This document shows positions 13,921 through 23,394 of a stretch of DNA of 45,494 nt, piece after piece (position 1 is the first letter of the stretch; every line of letters starts with the position of its first letter). The stretch comes from an uncultured Eubacterium sp. GTDB taxonomy: Bacteria > Bacillota > Clostridia > Oscillospirales > Acutalibacteraceae. Position numbers and translations under genes: made by a program. The DNA lies in contig CAJTMQ010000005.1 of assembly GCA_910577215.1 (NCBI GenBank), positions 244 to 45,737 on the forward strand. Direction: 5' to 3'. The notes under the pieces were generated by a model. The model made no database searches. It was not told where the DNA came from and saw nothing but the letters and a program-made list of their open reading frames with translations.

Positions 13921-15354
13921 ATGGATAAATACAAAAGAAAAACTAAAATAATTTGCACAGTCGGTCCGGCATCCTGTGAAAAGGATGTGCTTGAAGAGCT
14001 TATGCTTTCAGGAATGAATGTTGCACGTTTTAATTTCTCTCACGGAGAATTTGAAACCTTCAGCAGGTGGTATAACAATGTAGTTGAGGTTCGTGAGAAA
14101 CTCGGTCTTCCCGTTGCAACTCTGCTTGATACAAGAGGACCTGAAATTCGTCTTGGAAAATTTGCGGATTCCAACGGCGTAACAGTCAAAAAAGGAGATA
14201 CCTATATTCTTACGGCTGATGATGTTGAGGGCAATTCGCAAAGATGCTCAATTTCTTACAAAAGACTGCCGCAGGAAATTAAGAAGGATACAAGAATTCT
14301 TATTAATGACGGTCTTGTTTCTATGACGGTAACTTCAATTCAGGATAAAGATATTGTTTGTGTGGTTGATGACGGCGGCGTGCTTTCTAATCACAAGGGT
14401 GTTAATGTGCCCAATGTCTCACTTGCTATGCCGTATCTTTCCGAAAAAGATATGCAGGATTTGAAATTCGGTGCGGAAATGGGCTATGATTTTATAGCTG
14501 CTTCATTCTGCAGAACAGGTGCAGATATTGCTTATCTTCGTGATTTCTGCCATGCTCTCGGCTGGAATGATGTAAAAATTATTGCCAAGATTGAGAATCA
14601 CGAGGGTGTAGATAATATAGACGGCATTATTAAAGAGGCAGACGGAATAATGGTTGCCCGCGGTGATATGGGTGTTGAAATTCCGTTTGAAAAAATACCG
14701 TCACTTCAGAAAATGATTATTCATAAAGCATTTGAGGCGGGAAAAATTGTTGTTACGGCAACGCAGATGCTTGAATCGATGATAAATAATCCTCGTCCTA
14801 CAAGGGCGGAAATTACAGATGTAGCAAATGCAATTTATGACGGTACTTCAGCCATTATGCTTTCGGGTGAAACCGCTATGGGTGCACATCCTGTTGAGGC
14901 AGTTAAAACAATGGCATCAATTGCCGAAACAACGGAGCAGGATATAGATTATATTGATGCATTTGAAAAGGATGTGCCAAGGCATGGGAAAAGAGATATT
15001 ACCTCTGCTATTTCACATGCAACGGTTACAACGGCTCACGATTTGAATGCTAAAGCAATTATTACGGTTACGAAAAGCGGTACAACCGCTAGGCAGATTT
15101 CAAAATACAGGCCAACCTGCCCGATTATTTCCGCAACAACAAGTGATAAGGTACGCAGGCAGAATAATCTTTCATGGGGTGTTATTCCCGTTATGTGTGA
15201 TGAAAAATCAAATACAGATGAGCTTTTTGAACACGCTGTTGAGGTTGCACTTGAGACGGGTATAATCAAAAAAGGGGATATAGTTGTCATTACGGCGGGT
15301 ATTCCGCTCGGTCAGAGCGGCACAACAAATATGCTGAAAGCACACGAGGTTTAA
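13921..15354 (+). CDS. pyk: Pyruvate kinase
   Basis: RKTKIICTVGPAS, ARFNFSHG, DTRGPEIR, IIAKIEN, DGIMVARGDMGVE, ATQMLESM, PTRAE. Confidence 0.98.
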   Translation: MDKYKRKTKIICTVGPASCEKDVLEELMLSGMNVARFNFSHGEFETFSRWYNNVVEVREKLGLPVATLLDTRGPEIRLGKFADSNGVTVKKGDTYILTADDVEGNSQRCSISYKRLPQEIKKDTRILINDGLVSMTVTSIQDKDIVCVVDDGGVLSNHKGVNVPNVSLAMPYLSEKDMQDLKFGAEMGYDFIAASFCRTGADIAYLRDFCHALGWNDVKIIAKIENHEGVDNIDGIIKEADGIMVARGDMGVEIPFEKIPSLQKMIIHKAFEAGKIVVTATQMLESMINNPRPTRAEITDVANAIYDGTSAIMLSGETAMGAHPVEAVKTMASIAETTEQDIDYIDAFEKDVPRHGKRDITSAISHATVTTAHDLNAKAIITVTKSGTTARQISKYRPTCPIISATTSDKVRRQNNLSWGVIPVMCDEKSNTDELFEHAVEVALETGIIKKGDIVVITAGIPLGQSGTTNMLKAHEV

Positions 15355-15357
15355 GTT

Positions 15358-16389
15358 ATGAAAAAAACGGTTAAAATAGCAATAGGAGCAGTTGTTGCTA
15401 TAGTAGTAATTGTTGTGGCAATATTGGGATATAATGCCATTATGAAAGATATTAACGGTAGCGATAACGGTGATAAACAAGAGTATACTCTTGTTATTAA
15501 AAACGAGGATTTTCAGTATCAGGTTGCTGCAAGTTTAAAGCAGGGCGGAATCGTTATTGATGATTCAATATGGTCATTATGGATGGATAAGCATTATCCT
15601 GATTTTACTTATATAAACGGCGAATATTATCTTAATTCCGCAATGAGCTATGAAGAGATTGCACAGAAGTTGCAAAATCCCGATATAAGCCACAAAAATG
15701 TGTCCGTTTGCATTCCTGAGGGTTATAATGTGTTTGATATAGCAAAGGTGCTTGAGGAAAACGGAATCTGCGCTGCGGATGATTTTTATAAGGCTGTTTC
15801 AACAACAGAGGGCTATAATTACAGCTGGATTGAGGAGTTGCCAAAGGGTAATGACAAAATCGGTTTTATTTTAGAGGGCTTTCTTTTTCCTGCAACATAC
15901 GATATAGGTGAAAACACACCTGCAAATGAGGTTGTTGATAAAATGCTTAATGCGTTTGATAACAGGCTCAGCAATGAAATGCTTGCCTATTGTGCAGATA
16001 ATAATATGACGCTTTATGAGTTTGTTACACTCTGTTCAATCGTTCAGGAGGAGGCATTAACACTTGAAAGTGCTGAAAATATTGCTTCTGTGCTTATAAA
16101 CAGACTCAATAAAGGCAGTATGCTTCAGTGTGATGTAACACATTTTTATGCTAAAAATCTTCTTGATCACGGTTTTTCAAAGGCTGTGTACGATTCGTAT
16201 TATACCTACAGATGTCCTGCACTTCCGTCCGGACCTATAACAAATTCCGGTATGGATATTATTGATGCAGTTATAAATCACCCGGATACAAATTATCTTT
16301 TCTTCTTTTCGGATCTTAAAGGTGAATTCCATTTTGCATCAACAGGTGAGGAGTTTGAAGCGTTAAAGCAGAAATACCCTTGGCAGTAA
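15358..16389 (+). CDS. mltG: Endolytic murein transglycosylase MltG (YceG)
   Basis: N-terminal TM anchor, IPEGY, LEGFLFPATY, SIVQEEA (catalytic Glu), VLINRL, LQCDVT, LPSGPITN. Confidence 0.92.
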   Translation: MKKTVKIAIGAVVAIVVIVVAILGYNAIMKDINGSDNGDKQEYTLVIKNEDFQYQVAASLKQGGIVIDDSIWSLWMDKHYPDFTYINGEYYLNSAMSYEEIAQKLQNPDISHKNVSVCIPEGYNVFDIAKVLEENGICAADDFYKAVSTTEGYNYSWIEELPKGNDKIGFILEGFLFPATYDIGENTPANEVVDKMLNAFDNRLSNEMLAYCADNNMTLYEFVTLCSIVQEEALTLESAENIASVLINRLNKGSMLQCDVTHFYAKNLLDHGFSKAVYDSYYTYRCPALPSGPITNSGMDIIDAVINHPDTNYLFFFSDLKGEFHFASTGEEFEALKQKYPWQ

Positions 16390-16410
16390 ATCAGAAAGGA
16401 CGCAGAATTT

Positions 16411-17313
16411 ATGTCTAAGTTTGACAGAGATTATTTAGACCTTTGCCGCAGAATTCTAAATGAGGGCACTGAGGTTGAAAACAGAACAGGTGTTAACACA
16501 ATCAAGGTTCCTTCACATCATTTTCATTTTGATTTATCAAAGGAATTTCCGATTTTAACAACGAAGCAGGTGTTTATCAGGCAGGCAGTGCTTGAAATGC
16601 TGTGGATATATCAGGCACAGTCAAATGATGTAAGATGGCTTCAGGAACGAAATGTTAAAATATGGAATGAATGGGAAATAGATGAAAACGGAATCTGGAC
16701 AGCAACGCAGATGCTTCCCGATGACAACGGCGGACTTGTTAAGAAAACCATACATAAGGATTTCGGCAGGGAATATGCCCACACTATAGGCACTGCCTAT
16801 GGTTACATTGTTAATAAGTTTCAGATGACGCAGAATCTGATTGATAAGCTGAAAAATCACCCTGAGGACAGAAGGATGCTTATGACCTTATGGCAGAATG
16901 ATTATCTTGAAACAGCCGTGCTTCCAAGCTGTGTGTGGAGCAGTGAATGGGATGTAACAAACGGAAAGCTGAATTGCTGGGTGCATCAGAGAAGCTGTGA
17001 TGTGCCGCTTGGTCTGCCGTTTAATATAACGCAGTATGCAGTGCTTCTGTGTATGCTTGCACAGGTCTGCGGTCTTGAGCCGGGAACGATTGACTGGAGC
17101 ATTAAGGATGCACATATTTATGTTAATCAGGTAGACGGCATTAAAGAGCAGATACGCAGAATAGATGAGGAGGGTGATTTGCCGGCACCAAAGTTATGGC
17201 TTAACCCCCATATTGATGATTTCTTTAAGTTTGATAACAGCAGGGATTGCCTTGATGTTAAGCTGATCGATTATAAGCATTTAGGAAAAATTTCTTTTCC
17301 TATTTCACAGTAG
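16411..17313 (+). CDS. thyA: Thymidylate synthase
   Basis: NRTG, FPILTTK, EMLW, IWNEW, LPSC (catalytic Cys), QRSCDVPLGLPFN, DAHIYVNQ. Confidence 0.97.
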   Translation: MSKFDRDYLDLCRRILNEGTEVENRTGVNTIKVPSHHFHFDLSKEFPILTTKQVFIRQAVLEMLWIYQAQSNDVRWLQERNVKIWNEWEIDENGIWTATQMLPDDNGGLVKKTIHKDFGREYAHTIGTAYGYIVNKFQMTQNLIDKLKNHPEDRRMLMTLWQNDYLETAVLPSCVWSSEWDVTNGKLNCWVHQRSCDVPLGLPFNITQYAVLLCMLAQVCGLEPGTIDWSIKDAHIYVNQVDGIKEQIRRIDEEGDLPAPKLWLNPHIDDFFKFDNSRDCLDVKLIDYKHLGKISFPISQ

Positions 17314-17322
17314 GAGGGAATT

Positions 17323-17805
17323 ATGACCATTTCAATGATTGCCGCGGTAGGCAGAAATAATGAAATAGGCAAGGGGAATGATCTTGTTTTTCATTTTAAA
17401 AATGATATGAAATTCTTTAGAGAAACCACAACAGGGGGAACTGTTGTTATGGGCAGAAAAACCTTTGAATCTCTTCCCAAGGTGCTTCCCAACAGAAGAA
17501 ATATTGTTATTTCGCGAAATGAAAAGCTTGAAATAGACGGCGCAGAGGTCTGTGGCAGTGTTGAAGCGGCTGTTGAGCTGTGCAAAAATGATGAAAAGGT
17601 TTTCATTATAGGCGGCGGTAATATTTACAGTCAGTTTCTTGAATTGGCAGACAGGCTTTATTTAACAGAGGTTGACGCTGTTTGCGATGATGCAGACACC
17701 TTTTTTCCTGAATTTGATAAATCAGCATGGAAAAAAGAAGTGCTTGCAGAGCATAATGAAAACGGAATTGATTATCGGCATATTTTATATACAAAAAGTT
17801 GTTGA
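17323..17805 (+). CDS. folA: Dihydrofolate reductase
   Basis: MIAAV..N.EIG, DMKFFRETT, VVMGRKTFESL, LPNRRNIVISR, IIGGG.IY, DTFFP. Confidence 0.96.
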   Translation: MTISMIAAVGRNNEIGKGNDLVFHFKNDMKFFRETTTGGTVVMGRKTFESLPKVLPNRRNIVISRNEKLEIDGAEVCGSVEAAVELCKNDEKVFIIGGGNIYSQFLELADRLYLTEVDAVCDDADTFFPEFDKSAWKKEVLAEHNENGIDYRHILYTKSC

Positions 17806-17830
17806 CAAATTATGGCGGGTGTGTTACTAT
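17802..17830 (+). promoter_or_regulatory. sigma-A promoter of infC-rpmI-rplT
   Basis: TTGACA (overlapping the folA stop)-17 nt-TACTAT with an extended TG. Confidence 0.8.
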
Positions 17831-17837
17831 ATCTTCA

Positions 17838-17946
17838 CAACAAAGAAGAACACAGCTCGTTCTCCCCTTAAGCACAGGCAAAAAGGGCAATATTCAATTA
17901 TGATTGTTGAAGTGCGGGCATTTGTGTTCGCACTTTTAATTTTTTA
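17838..17946 (+). ncRNA. Ribosomal protein L20 leader (cis-regulatory attenuator)
   Basis: Lies between the promoter and infC. AGAA..GCTCGTTCTCCCCTT...AAGGG pairing pattern, then the terminator hairpin AAGTGCGGGCA-tttg-TGTTCGCACTT-TTAATTTTTT. Matches the Firmicutes L20 leader architecture. Confidence 0.75.
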
Positions 17947-17962
17947 CAAAGAGGTGTTTTTT

Positions 17963-18481
17963 ATCAGTAAGGAAGCTCCACAGCTTAATGGCGAAATCAG
18001 AGATAAGGAAGTTCGTGTAATCACTGCAGACGGCGAGCAGCTTGGCATTATGAGTGCGAAAGAGGCCCAGAATGAGGCAGATAAAAGAGGTCAGGATTTA
18101 GTTAAAATTGCTCCTCAGGCAAAGCCTCCCGTTGTAAAGATTATGGATTACAGCAAATTTCGTTATGAGCAGGCTAAGCGCGAAAAGGAAAATCGCAAAA
18201 AGCAAAAAACTGTTGAAACAAAAGAAATTCGCCTTTCGCTCAATATTGATATAGGAGATTTCAACACAAAGGTTAACCAGGCAAAGAAGTTTCTTGCAAA
18301 GGGTGATAAGCTTAAGGTTTCTATACGACTTCGCGGTCGTGAAATGGCGCATCCTGAAATCGGCACAGCGAATATGGAAAGATTTGCTGCTGCGCTTGGT
18401 GAAGATATTAATGTTGATAAAGCACCGAAGCTTGAAGGCCGTCAGATATTGATGTTTGTGTCTTCAAAATTAAGCAAGTAA
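17963..18481 (+). CDS. infC: Translation initiation factor IF-3 (non-canonical ATC start)
   Basis: NGEIRDKEVRVI, DLVKIAP.AKPPV.KIMDY.KF.YE, KEIRL, RGRE. GAGGTG RBS lies 6 nt before an in-frame ATC. The ORF-track start at 17672 is an artefact. Confidence 0.95.
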   Translation: MSKEAPQLNGEIRDKEVRVITADGEQLGIMSAKEAQNEADKRGQDLVKIAPQAKPPVVKIMDYSKFRYEQAKREKENRKKQKTVETKEIRLSLNIDIGDFNTKVNQAKKFLAKGDKLKVSIRLRGREMAHPEIGTANMERFAAALGEDINVDKAPKLEGRQILMFVSSKLSK

Positions 18482-18503
18482 TTTTTATATGGAGGAATAA
18501 ATT

Positions 18504-18701
18504 ATGCCTAAGATTAAAACTCACAGCGGCGCTAAAAAGCGTTTCAAAACAACTAAAAACGGCAAGGTAAAGCGTGCACATGCTTATACCTCACACATTC
18601 TTACAAAGAAAACAACAAAACGTAAGAGAAATCTTCGCAAAACTACTGTAGGTGATGTTACAAACCAGAAGCAGATGAAGAGACTTGTTCCTTATAAATA
18701 A
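18504..18701 (+). CDS. rpmI: 50S ribosomal protein L35
   Basis: [32 protein letters not shown]. Confidence 0.98.
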   Translation: MPKIKTHSGAKKRFKTTKNGKVKRAHAYTSHILTKKTTKRKRNLRKTTVGDVTNQKQMKRLVPYK

Positions 18702-18773
18702 AAACATTGCCTGAGGCAGAATTAAGGAAATTTTATTTTACGGTTTAACAATAAATTCGGAGGTATTTAAGTT

Positions 18774-19127
18774 ATGGCAAGAATTAAAGGCGCTTTAGCC
18801 ACTCGCAAAAGAAGAAAAAAAGTATTAAAGGCTGCTAAAGGTTATTACGGCAGCAAGCATTGCCTTTTCAAAACTGCTAAGCAGGCAGTTATGAAGAGCG
18901 GTCAGTATGCATATATCGGAAGAAAGCAGAAGAAGAGAGAATTCCGCAAGATGTGGATTACCCGTATTTCAGCTGCTTGCAAAATGAATGGTATGAACTA
19001 TTCTTCATTTATGAACGGTCTTAAAAAAGCAGGTATTGATCTTAACAGAAAGATGCTTTCAGAGATTGCTGTAGCAGATGCAGAGGCATTCAAGACTCTT
19101 GTTGATGCTGCAAAGGCCGCTCTTTAA
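18774..19127 (+). CDS. rplT: 50S ribosomal protein L20
   Basis: MARIKG...[16 protein letters not shown]...[21 protein letters not shown]...NRKMLSEIA. Confidence 0.98.
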   Translation: MARIKGALATRKRRKKVLKAAKGYYGSKHCLFKTAKQAVMKSGQYAYIGRKQKKREFRKMWITRISAACKMNGMNYSSFMNGLKKAGIDLNRKMLSEIAVADAEAFKTLVDAAKAAL

Positions 19128-19139
19128 TAGAAATACTTT

Positions 19140-19169
19140 AAAAGGCAAAGAAATTTTCTTTGCCTTTTT
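19140..19169 (+). terminator. Rho-independent terminator after rplT
   Basis: AAAAGGCAAAGAA-att-TTCTTTGCCTTTTT. Confidence 0.85.
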
Positions 19170-19180
19170 ATATTTTTATG

Positions 19181-19209
19181 TTGCACTTTTTTGCTATATA
19201 ATGTATTAT
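19181..19209 (+). promoter_or_regulatory. Probable sigma-A promoter for the TrmH-dprA-topA... run
   Basis: TTGCAC-17 nt-TATTAT directly after the rplT terminator. Confidence 0.55.
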
Positions 19210-19284
19210 AATTTATATCTTAATACTAAAAGTGTGATTTTCTTAAACGTACGTAAAGAAATTTTTGGTTAAGCCGAGGTCGGT

Positions 19285-20067
19285 ATGGATAAAATCACAA
19301 GCAGAAACAATGAACTTATTAAAGGCATAAAAAAGCTTTTCACATCTCGCAAGGCAAGGATGCAGGAATGCAAATTTGTTTTAGAGGGTGCAAGGCTTTG
19401 TTTTGATGTTTTTAATTCAGTTTATAAGGTGAACACATTTTTAATAACTGAAAGTGCAGCAGAAAAATATAAAAAGCAGTTTGAAGATATGCTTAAAATA
19501 GCAGACAGTGCATATTTTATTTCAGAGGATGTTGCAGATAAGCTTGGCGAAACGGAAAATACACAGGGTGTGTTCTGTGTATGTGCAATTCCGCAGGTGG
19601 GTTATAAAATCGCTGCCGGCAAAAAATATATTGCTCTGGACAGTTTGCAGGATCCTTCAAATTTGGGTGCAATTATCAGAACTGCAGAAGCTCTCGGAAT
19701 TGATGGAGGGATATGCTATAACTGCTGTGATCTGTATAATCCTAAGGCGCTGCGTGCTTCAATGGGCAGTATTTTAAGGCTCCCTGTTGTTTTAAGCAAC
19801 AATCTTGTTGATGATATTGAAAAAGCAAAGGCAGACGGCTTTTCGGTTTATGCAACCGTTCCTGCTAAAGATGCGGAGGATATAACAGAAATTGTTTTTC
19901 CTGAATCATCAATCAGCATAATAGGAAATGAGGGCAGCGGAATCTCCGAAGAGGTAAAGGCAGCTGCAACGGAGCTGATTACAATAAATATGCTTGGCAG
20001 GGCAGAAAGTCTTAATGCTTCAATGGCAGGAGCAATAACGATGTGGGAAATGCTGCGGGGAAATTAA
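19285..20067 (+). CDS. TrmH/SpoU family RNA 2'-O-methyltransferase
   Basis: ITSRNN, FVLEG, LQDPSNLGAIIRTAEA, PKALRASMGS, IGNEGSGIS, AESLNAS. Confidence 0.92.
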   Translation: MDKITSRNNELIKGIKKLFTSRKARMQECKFVLEGARLCFDVFNSVYKVNTFLITESAAEKYKKQFEDMLKIADSAYFISEDVADKLGETENTQGVFCVCAIPQVGYKIAAGKKYIALDSLQDPSNLGAIIRTAEALGIDGGICYNCCDLYNPKALRASMGSILRLPVVLSNNLVDDIEKAKADGFSVYATVPAKDAEDITEIVFPESSISIIGNEGSGISEEVKAAATELITINMLGRAESLNASMAGAITMWEMLRGN

Positions 20068-21273
20068 ATGAGTGATAATGCAATCTATTGGCTTTGGCTG
20101 CAAAAAGCATTGGGTGAGGGTGCAAGGTTCAAGGAAATACTTGAAGATTTCGGCAGTATAAAATCACTGTATGAAGCAAATATTCTTGAATGGAGAATGA
20201 GCCCGTCACTTGTGCCTAAGCAGATAAACAGGCTTGAAAATGTAAAGCTTGATGATGTGCAGGAAATTATATATGCGTGTGATCAGAATCATTGGCAGAT
20301 TATAGATTATGATGATGAAAACTATCCTGTGCGTTTAAAAGAAATACCAAATCCGCCTGCTGTGATTTATACGGACGGCGAACTGCCTGATATTGATAAC
20401 AGTGTTGTAATCAGTATGGTAGGCACAAGAAAAGCAAGTGAATATGCCATTAAGGTAACAGAGCTTATGAGCAGAGGTGTTGCACAAAGCGGTGCGGTTG
20501 TTGTTTCGGGCGGAGCACTCGGAGTTGATTCTGCTTCGCACAGAGGCGCAATTATGTGCGGCGGCAAAACGGTTGCGGTACTTGGCTGCGGCTTTGGCAC
20601 AAATTATCTTATGGGCAATAAAGCTTTAAGGGATTCAATTAAAAATAACGGTGCCCTTGTAACGGAGTTTCCGCCGTTTACACCGGCAACAAGATATACC
20701 TTCCCGCTCAGAAACAGAATTATAAGCGGTTTGGCACTCGGTGTGCTGGTTGTTGAAGCAAATGTTAAAAGCGGAAGTCTTATAACGGCGAAATTTGCTT
20801 TGGAGCAAAACAGAGATGTTTATGCTGTTCCTTGTTCAATACTTGCGCCGCAGTTTGCAGGCACAAATAAGCTTATTGAGGACGGTGCCTGTGTGGCAAC
20901 GAAACCTGTTGATTTGCTTTATCCGTATGCAGAGCAATATGATATAGATTTATCAAAGGTTAAGTCAATTGATGAGCTTATGAATGAAACAAAGGACAAT
21001 AGTGCCAATATAAATTTAAAGGCAGAAGATAAGCTGTCATTTGAAAATCTTGAAAGCGGCAGAGCGCAGAGAGAAAAACGCGAAAAAACAATGCTTGGCT
21101 TAAGCGGAAATAACCTTTTGGTTTATGAGGCTTTAACAGACAGCCTGCAGCATATAGATATTATTGCAGAAAAATGTTCGCTCAGTGTTTCGGTGGTTCT
21201 AAGTGCATTAACGGCACTTGAAATTGCAGATATAGCCGAAAGTGCAAGCGGAAAAAGATATAAACTATCCTGA
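20068..21273 (+). CDS. dprA: DNA-processing protein DprA
   Basis: YP.RLKEIPNPP, MVGTRKAS.Y, VVSGGALGVDSASH, FPLRNRIISGL, VVEA..KSGSLITA, C-terminal winged helix. Lies upstream of topA. Confidence 0.95.
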   Translation: MSDNAIYWLWLQKALGEGARFKEILEDFGSIKSLYEANILEWRMSPSLVPKQINRLENVKLDDVQEIIYACDQNHWQIIDYDDENYPVRLKEIPNPPAVIYTDGELPDIDNSVVISMVGTRKASEYAIKVTELMSRGVAQSGAVVVSGGALGVDSASHRGAIMCGGKTVAVLGCGFGTNYLMGNKALRDSIKNNGALVTEFPPFTPATRYTFPLRNRIISGLALGVLVVEANVKSGSLITAKFALEQNRDVYAVPCSILAPQFAGTNKLIEDGACVATKPVDLLYPYAEQYDIDLSKVKSIDELMNETKDNSANINLKAEDKLSFENLESGRAQREKREKTMLGLSGNNLLVYEALTDSLQHIDIIAEKCSLSVSVVLSALTALEIADIAESASGKRYKLS

Positions 21274-21291
21274 AAGGAATAAATTTTAGAT

Positions 21292-23394
21292 ATGTCAAAA
21301 CTTGTTATAGTTGAGTCGCCTGCAAAGGCAAAAAATATTAAAGGCTATTTAGGAAAGGGCTATGAGGTTGTTGCTTCTATGGGGCACGTTCGTGATCTTC
21401 CTGCGGCACGCCTTTCCGTTGATATAAATAATAACTTTGCACCGAAATATGCGGTTATAAAGGGCAAAGAAAGCTTTGTTAAAGATCTTCAGAAAAAAGC
21501 AGAAGCAGCAGATTATGTTTATCTTGCAACTGACCCTGATAGAGAGGGAGAGGCAATAAGCTGGCATCTTGCAACACTGCTTGATCTTGATATGAACGAG
21601 AAAAACCGTGTAACATTCAATGAAATAACAAAGCACGGTGTAACCGAGGGAATGGCTTCTCCCAGATCAATAGATATTGATTTGGTTGATGCACAGCAGG
21701 CAAGAAGAATTTTAGACCGCTTAATCGGCTATAAATTATCACCGTTCATCAGCCAGAAAATCAGAAGGGGACTTTCTGCAGGCCGTGTTCAGTCTGTTGC
21801 ACTTCGTCTTATTGTTGACAGGGAGGAGGAAATCCGTGCATTTGTTCCTCAGGAATATTGGTCAATAGATGCGAAGTTCACAAATCCTCCGAGCAAAAAG
21901 GTTTTTGCCGCTGCTATTTACAGCAAGAACGGGGAAAAACTTAAAATAACAAATAAAGAGCAGAGTGATGCTGTTCTTTCTGATTTGGAAAATGCAGAAT
22001 TTACGGTTAACTCAGTTAAAAAGGGTACAAGAAAGAAAAGCCCTACACCGCCGTTCATTACCTCAACACTTCAGCAGGAGGCTTCACGCCGCCTTTCATT
22101 TCAGGCAAGAAGAACAATGAAAGCCGCTCAGGAATTATATGAGGGTGTTGATGTTGCAGGTATGGGCACAGTCGGTCTTATTACCTATATGAGAACAGAC
22201 TCCCTTCGTATTTCGGAGGATGCACGTGCGGCAGGTAATCAGTATATCATTGATACCTACGGTGAAAAATATCTTCCGAAAACGCCGAGATATTTTAAAT
22301 CCAAAGGCAATGTGCAGGACGGTCACGAAGCTATCCGCCCGTCAATGCCTAATGTTACACCTGATTCAGTTAAGGCTTCACTTACCTCGGATCAGTATAA
22401 AATATACAAGCTTGTATGGGAACGCTTCATTGCTTCACTTATGGAAAACTGCCTTCAGGAAACGGTTAAGGTTGAAATTGCCGCAGGTGATTATATTTTC
22501 ACTGCTTCGGGATATACGGTTAAGTTTGACGGCTTTACAGCCCTTTATGAGGAGTCAAAGGATGAGGGCAAGGATGATGCATCTGCACCGCTTCCGGAGC
22601 TTGCAAAGGGTGATATGCTTCGCCTTAAATCTATTTTGGGAAATCAGCATTTTACACAGCCGCCTGCAAGATATACGGAAGCGAGTCTTACAAAAGCACT
22701 TGAAGAAAACGGTGTGGGCAGACCGTCTACCTATGTTACAATTACATCAACAATTGTATCAAGGGAATATGTTAAAAGAGAGGGCAAGCAGTTTGTTCCG
22801 ACAGAGCTTGGCGAAACCGTTACAAATCTTCTTAAAGATAAAATGCCGAATATCGTTAACGTAAAATACACCTCTAAAATGGAAACAGACCTTGATAAAA
22901 TAGACAGCGGCGATGAAGATTATATTGAAATGATCCGCCTTTACTATAATGATTTTGAAGAACCCCTTGAGCAGGCAAAAAAGGATATGCAGGGCGTTAA
23001 GCTTAAGCTTAAAGAGGAAGAAACAGATGAAGTCTGTGAAAAATGCGGCAGAAATATGGTTATCAAGGTTGGCAGATTCGGAAAGTTCCTTGCCTGCCCG
23101 GGCTATCCCGAATGTAAAAATACAAAGCCGCTTGTGTTTAAAACAAAGGCAAAATGCCCTGAATGCGGCGGAGATGTTATTGAAAAGAAAACAAAGCGCG
23201 GAACATCATTCTACGGCTGCTCAAATTATCCCGACTGCAATTTTATGACATGGGATTTGCCGAGTGAAGAGGTTTGCCCTAAGTGCGGCAAATCATTATT
23301 CAGAAAAAAAGGTAATGTGCTTTACTGCCCTGATACAGAGGGCTGCGGCTTCACAAAGCCTGTTCCGAGAAAGAAAAAGGGCAGCGAAGAATAA
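21292..23394 (+). CDS. topA: DNA topoisomerase I
   Basis: LVIVESPAKAK, ATDPDREGEAI, SAGRVQS, LITYMRTDS (catalytic Tyr), GRPSTY, three C-terminal Cys4 zinc ribbons. Confidence 0.98.
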   Translation: MSKLVIVESPAKAKNIKGYLGKGYEVVASMGHVRDLPAARLSVDINNNFAPKYAVIKGKESFVKDLQKKAEAADYVYLATDPDREGEAISWHLATLLDLDMNEKNRVTFNEITKHGVTEGMASPRSIDIDLVDAQQARRILDRLIGYKLSPFISQKIRRGLSAGRVQSVALRLIVDREEEIRAFVPQEYWSIDAKFTNPPSKKVFAAAIYSKNGEKLKITNKEQSDAVLSDLENAEFTVNSVKKGTRKKSPTPPFITSTLQQEASRRLSFQARRTMKAAQELYEGVDVAGMGTVGLITYMRTDSLRISEDARAAGNQYIIDTYGEKYLPKTPRYFKSKGNVQDGHEAIRPSMPNVTPDSVKASLTSDQYKIYKLVWERFIASLMENCLQETVKVEIAAGDYIFTASGYTVKFDGFTALYEESKDEGKDDASAPLPELAKGDMLRLKSILGNQHFTQPPARYTEASLTKALEENGVGRPSTYVTITSTIVSREYVKREGKQFVPTELGETVTNLLKDKMPNIVNVKYTSKMETDLDKIDSGDEDYIEMIRLYYNDFEEPLEQAKKDMQGVKLKLKEEETDEVCEKCGRNMVIKVGRFGKFLACPGYPECKNTKPLVFKTKAKCPECGGDVIEKKTKRGTSFYGCSNYPDCNFMTWDLPSEEVCPKCGKSLFRKKGNVLYCPDTEGCGFTKPVPRKKKGSEE

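Noticed and set aside
17672..17962. 97-aa N-terminal extension of IF-3 in the ORF track
   Set aside because: It overlaps folA, the promoter and the L20 leader. The true start is the ATC at 17963.
22220..22864. 214-aa alternate-frame ORF in topA and other shadow ORFs (e.g. 10021-10572, 43947-44546)
   Set aside because: They lie fully inside well-supported genes, lack RBSs and motifs, and have atypical composition.
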